A stretch of DNA of 64,000 bases from Thermodesulfovibrionales bacterium (GTDB lineage Bacteria > Nitrospirota > Thermodesulfovibrionia > Thermodesulfovibrionales > UBA6898): assembly GCA_044450345.1 (NCBI GenBank), contig JBIOIY010000004.1, forward strand, positions 64,001-128,000. The letters run 5' to 3'. Made by a program: the position numbers and the translations under genes. Positions 18,604 to 26,993 of the stretch are shown in pieces. Each line of letters begins with the position of its first letter. Within the stretch, counting starts at the first letter, position 1. The notes beneath the pieces are model-generated. The model saw only the letters and a list, made by a program, of their open reading frames with translations. It made no database searches and had not been told where the DNA came from.

Positions 18604-20472
18604 TTATCTGACGCTCTCGAAAAACCCCCGGCCGTACTCCCTCGTCTCGATCCTCTCGTCGCAGATCACCACCCGTCCCCTGTCGTCCTTCGATCGTATC
18701 AGCCTCCCGAAGCCCTGTTTAAACTTGAGGATGGCCCTCGGCAGCGAGTAGTCACGGAAAGGGTTCCCGCCGGCTTTCTTTATCTCCCCGGTACGCGCTG
18801 CGACAATAGGTTCCGACGGCACTTCGAAAGGCAATTTTGTGATGATGAGGCAGTTGAGGGAATCCCCCTTTACATCCACCCCTTCCCAAAATGAGTCGAG
18901 GCCGAAGATAACACTGTTTGTGCTTTCCCGCATCTCCTGGAGCATCTTTTTGTTCGGGGCCGCCCCCTGCACCATAGGGTTCAGCCCCCCTGCGAGAAGT
19001 TTCCCGGCAGAAATCTCCCATGTCTTTCGCATTACATCTCTCGAAGTGAAGAGCACGAGAGTGCCCCCTTCTTCTTTTGAAGATTCCCTCACTATCACAG
19101 CGGCCAGTTTCTCGATGCCCCTTCCCTGCTGAAGGTCGATGCCCCTCTCGACGGCAATCCTGACCTGTCTGCCCATGTCGAAAGGGGAAGGCACGGCCAG
19201 TGTTTCAGGGCCGTCGAGGCCGAGGATGTTTTTAATGAGACCGAAGTCTCCGGCCACGGACAGAGTCGCGGATGTCAGGATGACCGGCCCGTAATCCGGC
19301 AGCAGATTGTCCCTGACGAAATCCGATGGGTATATGGGCGACATCCTCAGGGCGGTCCTCTTTGCCTCTGTCTCGGCCCACCTGACGAACCCGGCTGTCT
19401 CTTCAGCAAATATCTCCATGCCCTCGCAAAGAGACACCAGCTTGGCGACTGCGGCCTTCAGGTCAAGCTCTTCATCTTCGCTAAAAAGACCTGTAACGGA
19501 GGTCCTGATTTTTTCGAGGAGCGCCCTTATCGAGGCGGACAAGACCGAAAGGGGGCCGCCGAGTTCGAAAGTCCCCTTTATGACCTTCCTTGTTTCAGGG
19601 ATCTCCCTTGCCCTGCTGAAAAAGACCGCCGCCTCAACCTTCACGGCCTCAAGGTCGGGGAAGAGCACCGGCGTTTTTGAAAGGAGCCCTTTGTATATGC
19701 CCCTTTGGTCCACCCTCAGCAGTGTAGTAAGGATCCTTTCGAGTCCCCTGTCCGACAGGTTGAGCCCGATCTGCTCGGAGACGATGCTGTCGAGTGAATG
19801 CCCTTCGTCGATCACCAGTACCCCTGCCCCGGGAAGGATTTTTTTGTCGACGGGCATCATCGCGTTGATTGCGAGCAGGGCGTGGTTGGTCACCACAACC
19901 TGCGCCGATTCCCATTTCCTCCTTGCAGCGAAGTAATGACAGTCTTTAGCATACGCGCACTTTTTCCCGTGGCAGGCATCGGCATCGGCGCATACCCTTT
20001 CCCAGATCATGGGCCTCCCCTGCCCACTGCAGTCTTCTCTGTCGCCCGAAGATGTCGAAGCGGACCAATCGAGGAGACGCTTATGTTCGGCCGATTCTTC
20101 CTCGTTGTCGGGATGGAAGGCATTGATGCGTCTCAGACAGACGTAGTTGCCTCGCCCCTTTGCAATGGCATAGTCGAAATCCTTGAGGGCCGAAAGCAGC
20201 TTCAGGTCCTTTGAGACGAGCTGTTCCTGAAGGGTTATCGTCCTCGTCGAGATGACGGCCTTTTGCCCGGAAAGGATTATCGGGACAAGATAGGCAAAGG
20301 TCTTGCCCGTCCCTGTGCCCGCCTCGGCGATGAGAGTGCCGCCTGACTCTATGATGCGCGCGCAGGCGTCCATCATCTTCAGCTGAGGCTCCCTCAGCTC
20401 ATACCCGTCCAGTGCCGCTGCGACGGCGTGTACGAGGAAGTTCTCTGATTCCTGCTCAAGTCCTGAGATCAC
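18604..20472 (-). CDS. dinG: DinG/YoaA-family ATP-dependent helicase
   Basis: EAGTGTGKT, KGRGNYVC, Fe-S cysteines, IDEGH, SFWEGVD, QGFGRLIR. Confidence 0.92.
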   Translation of the reverse strand: MISGLEQESENFLVHAVAAALDGYELREPQLKMMDACARIIESGGTLIAEAGTGTGKTFAYLVPIILSGQKAVISTRTITLQEQLVSKDLKLLSALKDFDYAIAKGRGNYVCLRRINAFHPDNEEESAEHKRLLDWSASTSSGDREDCSGQGRPMIWERVCADADACHGKKCAYAKDCHYFAARRKWESAQVVVTNHALLAINAMMPVDKKILPGAGVLVIDEGHSLDSIVSEQIGLNLSDRGLERILTTLLRVDQRGIYKGLLSKTPVLFPDLEAVKVEAAVFFSRAREIPETRKVIKGTFELGGPLSVLSASIRALLEKIRTSVTGLFSEDEELDLKAAVAKLVSLCEGMEIFAEETAGFVRWAETEAKRTALRMSPIYPSDFVRDNLLPDYGPVILTSATLSVAGDFGLIKNILGLDGPETLAVPSPFDMGRQVRIAVERGIDLQQGRGIEKLAAVIVRESSKEEGGTLVLFTSRDVMRKTWEISAGKLLAGGLNPMVQGAAPNKKMLQEMRESTNSVIFGLDSFWEGVDVKGDSLNCLIITKLPFEVPSEPIVAARTGEIKKAGGNPFRDYSLPRAILKFKQGFGRLIRSKDDRGRVVICDERIETREYGRGFFESVR

Positions 20473-20594
20473 CGGTGCGCCTTTCTTTCCTCATAGTATA
20501 TTTCGCGGCATTCTTCGAGGTGCATAGCATAGTCTCTTTCATGAGAGCTGTAGTAGGCACATTATCTCCGGACTTTTCCGGCAGGAAATTTTCT

Positions 20595-22373
20595 CTACTG
20601 TCCCGGTTTTATCCTGAAGTAGTCCACGATATCGTCCGGGCCTTCAGCGTTATCGACTACCGGGAAATAGAGGCTGAAGGTAGTTCCTTTTCCGACTTCC
20701 GACTGAAGATCAATTGCCCCGCCGTGGGCCTTAATAATTCCATAAGACATTGCCAACCCGAGTCCGGTGCCCTTTCCCGATTCCTTTGTAGTAAAGAAGG
20801 GGTCGAATATCTTGTCCCGTATCTCTCCGGGTATTCCGGTGCCTGCGTCCTGGATCTTGAGTATCGCATATTCCCCGGGTTCCAGAAGGAGCGGGCTTGC
20901 AATATTTCTCGTAATCTTCCCGGACGACGTTGAGATCGTTATGATTCCCCCGTTCGGCATTGCGTCCGATGCATTCACCAGGAGATTCACCAGTATCTGT
21001 TCTATCTGGTTGATGTCACCCTTGATGAAGGGGAAGTTCTCGGCGGCATGAAACACGACCTGGATGTTCTTTTTTGAGAGCATCCTTTCCAGGAGCTCAA
21101 GCGTGTCGCTTACGGCATGGTTGAGGTTGAGCAGCTTCATCTCAACCGAACCCGTACGGGCGAAGCTCAAAAGCTTTGTAACGATGACATGTGCTTTTAT
21201 CCCGGCCTTCTCGATGATGAGGGCCTTGCTGTGTATGGACGGGTCAACACCTTCTTCGTCGCTGATCAGCTCTGCATAACCCATGATTTGAGTAAGTATG
21301 TTGTTGAAGTCATGCGCAAGTCCTCCTGCGAGGATCCCCAAGGATTCCATCTTCTGGGACTGCAGAAGGTGTTCCTGGAGCCTTTTTTTGTCGGTGATAT
21401 CCCTGTGGAAAGACTGTATGACGATCTGGCGGTCGATTTCAATTGCCTTAGCACTGACTTCAACAAGCAGCTTTTTCCCGTCCTTTTTGAGGTGTTCTGT
21501 CTCAAAGACCAATGCGCTGTCGGCGAGCAGGTTTTTCATCCTCTCCCGAAAGGCGGCGCTGTTTTCTTCCCCTTCCAGGATGTGTATATTGGTACCTAAG
21601 AGGTCGTCCTTTTCGTATCCGTACATAGTGCAGAGGTTGTTGTTCGCATCGAGTATTGTCCCGTTCTCGTCGAGCACGAGGATCCCGTCGTTTGCATTGT
21701 CGAAGAGTTCCTGGAACCTCTTGTTGGAGAGACGCAGTTCTTCTGTCCTTGCCCTCACCATATCATCAAGTGCCTCCGCCTGCTTCTCAAGCTTTTTCTT
21801 TTCTTCGGCAAGGTCAAACTGGAGCTCTACTGCCTGTGCGGTAGCTTTTTCGCTGTGACTTCGTAAGGACAGCGCGATTGCAAACGTGGCAAGCAGGAAC
21901 GCGTTGTTCAGGATAAATGTGGGGATGTCCGTGATCGTGTCGAATACAAGTATCGGCACGAGGTAAATCAGATAGATCAGGGACATGCCGAACATCGCTG
22001 CGGAGAAGCTAAATGGAAAATATCCAAGGACGCAGACTATGAGAAGGATCATGCCTGCGTAGTAGGGTGATTTATGGCCGCCGAGGGCCATGATCATGGC
22101 CTCGATCGTTATGGCAGACAAGGCGGCGGCAACGAAGATGATCACATGCTGGCGTCCGCCGCTCTTCTTCTGATTGAGAATCAGGAGAAAAAGCAAGGCA
22201 ATTGTTATCGAAACCCTGTATATAAGGAACTGCGTGAACAACGTAGGGGTATAGAAGTAGTCAAGGACCCCGAGAAGAAGGAACAGGATCGCCCCGAGCA
22301 CAAGGATCTTGTTTATCCAATGTTGCAGGAGCGACAGAAACTGGTCTTTTATATATTCTTTTTTCTCATCCAT
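20595..22373 (-). CDS. Membrane sensor histidine kinase (5-6 TM, PAS, HisKA, HATPase); no receiver domain
   Basis: Hydrophobic N-terminal ~170 aa; PAS (NANDGI...HLKKDG); H-box AHDFNN; N, G1, F and G2 boxes. Confidence 0.92.
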   Translation of the reverse strand: MDEKKEYIKDQFLSLLQHWINKILVLGAILFLLLGVLDYFYTPTLFTQFLIYRVSITIALLFLLILNQKKSGGRQHVIIFVAAALSAITIEAMIMALGGHKSPYYAGMILLIVCVLGYFPFSFSAAMFGMSLIYLIYLVPILVFDTITDIPTFILNNAFLLATFAIALSLRSHSEKATAQAVELQFDLAEEKKKLEKQAEALDDMVRARTEELRLSNKRFQELFDNANDGILVLDENGTILDANNNLCTMYGYEKDDLLGTNIHILEGEENSAAFRERMKNLLADSALVFETEHLKKDGKKLLVEVSAKAIEIDRQIVIQSFHRDITDKKRLQEHLLQSQKMESLGILAGGLAHDFNNILTQIMGYAELISDEEGVDPSIHSKALIIEKAGIKAHVIVTKLLSFARTGSVEMKLLNLNHAVSDTLELLERMLSKKNIQVVFHAAENFPFIKGDINQIEQILVNLLVNASDAMPNGGIITISTSSGKITRNIASPLLLEPGEYAILKIQDAGTGIPGEIRDKIFDPFFTTKESGKGTGLGLAMSYGIIKAHGGAIDLQSEVGKGTTFSLYFPVVDNAEGPDDIVDYFRIKPGQ

Positions 22374-22403
22374 GAAATTGCCCTATGAGAGTTCGCGGGG
22401 AAA

Positions 22404-23678
22404 TCATCTCACTTCCGTTCCACATAACTCCTTGCTCACCATAAAAAATAGGATCACGCCTGATTCTTCACGTGCGGTCGCCACGTTCTTTCTCTCTATC
22501 CCGGCATCCTCCAGTATTTTCCAGCAGTCGCTCTCCTGCCTTTGGTAGAAAGCATCCCAGTCCGAGACCCAGTGATAGTCGAACGTCGAGTATCTCTTGC
22601 AGTCCTTGAATGAGATTATCATAGTGCCGCCGGGATTAAGCAATTGGTAAAGCGCCCTGAACATCCTGACAAGGACAGCGCTCTCCAGGTAATCGTAGAG
22701 CCCGGTGCTGTAAATAATATCCTGCATGCCGAACTCTTTGAGGCTCCTTTCATGGCTTATCATCTTCAGGGCATTATACCTTCTGAAGGTAAAACGGTCC
22801 ATGGATATCCCCGTTGTAGACAGCCTGGAGGCAGAGAATGCAAGGGCATCACCGTCGAGGTCGACGCACGTGACATGGGAATTGTTGGCTTCTATGTCAG
22901 AGGAGATTTCAACGAGCTCCCTGCAGGAGCCACATGCTATGTCCAGTACTTTTGTTTTTTCATGTTTTCGCAGTTCTTTGAGGAGAAGGTCTTTCAAGGC
23001 CTCCTTTCTCCCCCTGACCGCCACTCCAAGCTCGGTGGAGAGGATGTATCTGTCTATGTAGAACCCTATGCCGGTCGATTGAGGCGTGTTCTTGTAGAAC
23101 GCTTCAAGCGTTTTGTAGTCGCCCGGATAGCCCTGGGGCCAGGTGAGTACGCGGCTCCAGAAATAGCTTTTGGCAGAGATCGGATTAGTCCTTCCCCTCA
23201 GTTTTTTCTGAGCTTCTTTTATCTGTTTTTTGTTGTCTCTGTTTTCTTCTTCGAAGAGTTCACAGGCCTTCTTCATATTCATGAAGGTTTGACGGGTCAG
23301 CTTCATGACCTCATCCTGATCGTGGCCAGGGATCAGACACTTTGCCTCGATGGTTTTCATCTCCGCAAGGAACCGGTCAATAGCGGCGGAAAGGGCTTCG
23401 GTCTCGATTGCCTCGAACATTAAGCCCACCCTGAGCATGGAGTCATTGATACGTTTCGTCCACTTTACTACACCGGCGTAGCTTCCTAAGCTGCTTTCCA
23501 TCGTAAGTGTGAGACCCGGCTCCAGCGGGAAATCGGTCTCGATACCTATCCCCGCCTCACTGAAATCATGAATTCTTCCCTTCACGCAAGTCCCTTTCTC
23601 AAGGTGACATTCCACGTCATCCGTAAAGGGTCTTCTGTAAAAACGTCTCATTTCTTCAACGTTAAATGGATCTCCCAT
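22404..23678 (-). CDS. PilZ-domain + class I SAM methyltransferase (PhcB-like)
   Basis: PilZ motifs RRFYR and DFSEAG; WPQGYPGDY; VLDIACGSCRE; YSTGLYDYL. Confidence 0.8.
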   Translation of the reverse strand: MGDPFNVEEMRRFYRRPFTDDVECHLEKGTCVKGRIHDFSEAGIGIETDFPLEPGLTLTMESSLGSYAGVVKWTKRINDSMLRVGLMFEAIETEALSAAIDRFLAEMKTIEAKCLIPGHDQDEVMKLTRQTFMNMKKACELFEEENRDNKKQIKEAQKKLRGRTNPISAKSYFWSRVLTWPQGYPGDYKTLEAFYKNTPQSTGIGFYIDRYILSTELGVAVRGRKEALKDLLLKELRKHEKTKVLDIACGSCRELVEISSDIEANNSHVTCVDLDGDALAFSASRLSTTGISMDRFTFRRYNALKMISHERSLKEFGMQDIIYSTGLYDYLESAVLVRMFRALYQLLNPGGTMIISFKDCKRYSTFDYHWVSDWDAFYQRQESDCWKILEDAGIERKNVATAREESGVILFFMVSKELCGTEVR

Positions 23679-23747
23679 TACTTCCTCCTCAGGGAAATAT
23701 TTTTTGTCGAACCTTCTCAGAACGAAAGGGGCATCACCTCCTCAAAC

Positions 23748-23786
23748 AAAAAAAGCCGCGCTGTATTCTTGCCCTGGCAGCGCGGC
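23748..23786 (-). terminator. Intrinsic terminator in the 5' leader of the methyltransferase gene
   Basis: Minus strand GCCGCGCTG-N14-CAGCGCGGC followed by T7. Confidence 0.8.
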
Positions 23787-23843
23787 CGTCCGTATGCTGG
23801 ATGGCGTTCCATCCCTGTTAATAAGGGGTTGGCTTTATCAGGC
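23771..23843 (-). promoter_or_regulatory. Putative degenerate c-di-GMP-I (GEMM-I)-like riboswitch aptamer
   Basis: Minus strand GCCTGATAAAGCCAACCCC..AGGGATGGAACGCC..GGACGGCCGCGCTGCCAGGGC; P1 pairing; 3' strand overlaps the terminator; lacks the canonical GNRA loop. Confidence 0.5.
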
Positions 23844-23990
23844 ACTTTTTCCCATGCTTCTTCCTAATTAGGGATACTATACCCCCATTTAATCTGGAAT
23901 CGCAAGACCTTCGGCAATATCACGGCGCATTCGCCGACGCCTGAGTTCGTATCCTCTTGTGCGGTGGTAATGTGTTAAAATGAAAGCCTT

Positions 23991-25574
23991 ATGAAAAATG
24001 GAAAAGGAGTAGTGTATCTTGTCGGGGCGGGGCCGGGTGACATCGGCCTGCTGACGGTGAAGGGGCTTAAGTGCCTTCAGAAGGCGGAGGTCGTCATATA
24101 CGATTTCCATCTGAACGCACAGATACTCAACTATATCAGCCACGATGCCGAATTCATATATGCCGGCAAGCGCGGCGGCCACCACACAATGACCCAGGAC
24201 GAGATAAACACGACCATTGTCGCGAAGGCGAAAGAGGGAAAAAACGTCTGCCGTCTCAAGGGCGGCGACCCTTTTGTCTTCGGCAGGGGCGGCGAAGAGG
24301 CCCAGGTCCTTGTGCGGGAGGGAATCAGGTTCGAGGTCGTGCCGGGTGTGAGTTCCTCCATTGCCGCACCCGCGTATGCGGGGATCCCTCTTACCCACAG
24401 GCTTTACTCGTCCTCGTTTGCAGTTATCCCGGGCTACGAAGATACCACAAAAGAGGAGTCCTCCATCGATTGGTCGAAGCTTGCGACAGGGGTGGGCACC
24501 CTCGTTTTTCTCATGGCGGTCAAAAACATTGGGGTGCTTACGCAAAAGCTGATGGAGAACGGCCGGGACCCTGATACGCCTGTTGCCGTGATACGGTGGG
24601 GCACACGGCCGGATCAAAGGACCCTTCAGGGGAGACTGAAAGACATAGCCGATCTCGTTTTCGAAAGGGACATAAAACCACCCGCGGTCATGGTCGTCGG
24701 CGAAGTCGTGAACCTGAGGCAGGAACTGAAATGGTACGAATTGAAGCCGATGTTCGGCCACCGGATACTTGTGACCAGGGAGCATGCGGAGGGGTTCGAG
24801 GACCTGGAGGAACTCGGCGCGGAAGTCGTCCAGTTCTCGACGGTCGAGATCGTCCCTCCTCAGTCCTGGGATGGACTCGACGGCTGCATCGAAGGGATAG
24901 GCTCATACGATTGGGTGATCTTTACGAGTGCCAACGGGGTCAGATATTTCTTCAGCAGGCTTTTTGAGAAAGGTGTCGACATCAGGGATTTGAAAGGCCT
25001 GAAGATCTGCGCGATAGGTACTAAGACCGCCGGTGAGATAAGGAAATTCGGGCTGAAGGTCGACCTGGTCCCCGAGGAATTCAGGGCGGAGGGATTGATA
25101 GAGGCCTTTGTAAAAGAAGTAGGGGCGGGGTCACCCCGCCCCTACGTATTGAAAGGGACCAGGTTCCTTCTTCCCCGTGCAGAGGTCGCGAGGGAGACAT
25201 TTCCGGAAAAGGTCCGTGAACTCGGCGGCGTCATCGATGTGCCTGTGACCTACAGGGCGGTCAAGCCGGAGTATCACGGCAAAAGGATGAGGCGTTTTCT
25301 GAAGGAGGGAAGGATCACCATCGCCACTTTTACGAGCGCTGCCACGTTCAATAACTTCATGGAGATCATGGGGGAGGATTCAGACGAACTCCTCAGGAAT
25401 GTTGCGATAGCCGTCATAGGACCGGTGACTGCAAACGCCGTTAACAAGGCGGGGCTAAAGGTCGGGATAATGCCGGAGGAGGCGACGGTTGAAGCGATGG
25501 TCGAAGAGATAAAGAGATGGGCCGCAGGTAACACCCCTCCCGAAAGTTTTCGGGACGCCCCACTCTTAAGATAA
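23991..25574 (+). CDS. hemD: Uroporphyrinogen-III C-methyltransferase / uroporphyrinogen-III synthase fusion (CobA-HemD)
   Basis: VYLVGAGPGD, RLKGGDPFVFGRGGEE, FTSANGV and FTSAAT motifs. Confidence 0.95.
   Translation: MKNGKGVVYLVGAGPGDIGLLTVKGLKCLQKAEVVIYDFHLNAQILNYISHDAEFIYAGKRGGHHTMTQDEINTTIVAKAKEGKNVCRLKGGDPFVFGRGGEEAQVLVREGIRFEVVPGVSSSIAAPAYAGIPLTHRLYSSSFAVIPGYEDTTKEESSIDWSKLATGVGTLVFLMAVKNIGVLTQKLMENGRDPDTPVAVIRWGTRPDQRTLQGRLKDIADLVFERDIKPPAVMVVGEVVNLRQELKWYELKPMFGHRILVTREHAEGFEDLEELGAEVVQFSTVEIVPPQSWDGLDGCIEGIGSYDWVIFTSANGVRYFFSRLFEKGVDIRDLKGLKICAIGTKTAGEIRKFGLKVDLVPEEFRAEGLIEAFVKEVGAGSPRPYVLKGTRFLLPRAEVARETFPEKVRELGGVIDVPVTYRAVKPEYHGKRMRRFLKEGRITIATFTSAATFNNFMEIMGEDSDELLRNVAIAVIGPVTANAVNKAGLKVGIMPEEATVEAMVEEIKRWAAGNTPPESFRDAPLLR
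25119..25145. repeat. GTAG-type REP palindrome inserted in frame in hemD
   Basis: GTAGGGGCGGGG-TCA-CCCCGCCCCTAC, 27 bp = codons VGAGSPRPY. Confidence 0.85.
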
Positions 25575-25682
25575 CGCCCCCAGGCTCCCTGCCTGCCGGC
25601 AGGCATGGCGCCTCTCCCCCTCTTTCCGCACTCAGGCGGATTCGCCGAGGTGAAAAGATAAGAGGGGGTAAAAGGGGAGTTA
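25529..25682. repeat. Nested palindromic composite element overlapping the hemD stop
   Basis: Terminal IR taacacccct / aggggagtta enclosing tcccgaaa-gt-tttcggga, tgcctgccggcaggca and tccgc-actcag-gcgga. Confidence 0.7.
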
Positions 25683-25746
25683 TGATTTCCGGGGGGGAAG
25701 GAGGAGGTATGATCGTCCCTCCGCTTTTTTGTAGCATCGTATTCTG

Positions 25747-26529
25747 ATGATTGCAGATAATGACACATATGTGACCGACCCTTACAGACCGCGGTCCCTG
25801 TTCTCGAGGGTCTTTCTCAGTCCTAAATTTATGTTCTACCCTCAGTTCTTCTTTATCATATGGCTGAACGGGAGGAGGGCGGAGAAAGGTCTCTATGGAA
25901 GCAGGGAGTGGGCCGAGAGCAGTCTGGATGTGATGCGCGCTCTTGAGAACGTAGGCGTGCGTATCGAGATCACCGGCATGAACAACATAAAGAGATTCGG
26001 GGGCCCAGCGGTCTTTATCGGCAATCACATGAGCACGCTCGAAACGATGGTGCTGCCGTGCATCATCCAGCCGGTGAAGGAAGCCACCTTTATCGTTAAA
26101 AAGAGCCTTCTGACAATGCCTGTCTTCGGACATGTAATGCGGTCGCGTGACCCTGTTGTCGTCGGCCGTGTGAACCCAAGGGAAGACCTCAAGACGGTCC
26201 TTGAAGAAGGTGTAAAGAGGCTCCAGGCCGGAAGGTCCGTCATCGTATTTCCCCAGAGCACGCGGTCAGTGGTCTTTGACCCGGAGGAATTCAACAGCCT
26301 CGGGATCAAGTTGGCGTCGAGGGCCGGTGTGCCTGTTGTTCCTGTGGCGTTAAAGACCGACGCATGGGGTATCGGGAAACACGTAAAAGAGTTCGGGCCT
26401 GTGGACACCGGGAAAAGAGTCCATTTTGCCTTCGGCGAGCCGATGACGGTAGCGGGCCGGGGAGTCGAAGAACACCAGAAGGTGGTCCGATTTATACAAC
26501 AAAAGCTCGATGAGTGGAGCAAAGAGTAA
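25747..26529 (+). CDS. Lysophospholipid (1-acyl-G3P) acyltransferase family
   Basis: NHMSTLE, VKKSL, VFPQSTR and VPVVPVA motifs. Confidence 0.88.
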   Translation: MIADNDTYVTDPYRPRSLFSRVFLSPKFMFYPQFFFIIWLNGRRAEKGLYGSREWAESSLDVMRALENVGVRIEITGMNNIKRFGGPAVFIGNHMSTLETMVLPCIIQPVKEATFIVKKSLLTMPVFGHVMRSRDPVVVGRVNPREDLKTVLEEGVKRLQAGRSVIVFPQSTRSVVFDPEEFNSLGIKLASRAGVPVVPVALKTDAWGIGKHVKEFGPVDTGKRVHFAFGEPMTVAGRGVEEHQKVVRFIQQKLDEWSKE

Positions 26530-26572
26530 AAAGTGAAAAATGAATGGTGAATAGAAAAAAGCAGAGGGTGCA

Positions 26573-26821
26573 ATGGACATAAGCAACGAAGACATTAAAG
26601 AGGTCCTGGTGGAGATACCCGAAGGCCATCGCCACGTTAGGACAAGGATAGTTCTCCAGGACGGCACGGAGTTCGTCTTTCAGGAGGCAGCGGTGGCAAA
26701 CATCGTGCGCGCCTTTATCACTGTGAAGACACACCCCGAGAAGGCCTCGGTCAGGCTGAAGGGAAGGCGTTCCGAAAAAGGGAAACCAGGCTACGCCGAA
26801 TGGCAGTTGGTCGAGGAGTGA
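26573..26821 (+). CDS. Hypothetical protein
   Basis: 82-aa ORF with RBS (gaggg) and plausible composition. Confidence 0.7.
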   Translation: MDISNEDIKEVLVEIPEGHRHVRTRIVLQDGTEFVFQEAAVANIVRAFITVKTHPEKASVRLKGRRSEKGKPGYAEWQLVEE

Positions 26822-26876
26822 GACGGCATGCCTTCTGTTTCTCTTATCCCGCACGGCGTGGTACATTAATAGTGCC

Positions 26877-26993
26877 ATGGCTCAGAAGATACTTGGGGTC
26901 GATGACGATATGACCGGTTATTTCATCGAAGAGCCCTTCAGCATAGAGGCGCTCAGGAAAAAGGGTAAAGAAATATTATATGGGCCTTCCTGA
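26877..26993 (+). pseudogene. Collapsed response-regulator receiver remnant (38 codons)
   Basis: MAQKILGVDDD...YFIEEPFSIEALRKKGKEIL joins REC beta1 and beta5-alpha5 signatures. Confidence 0.55.
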
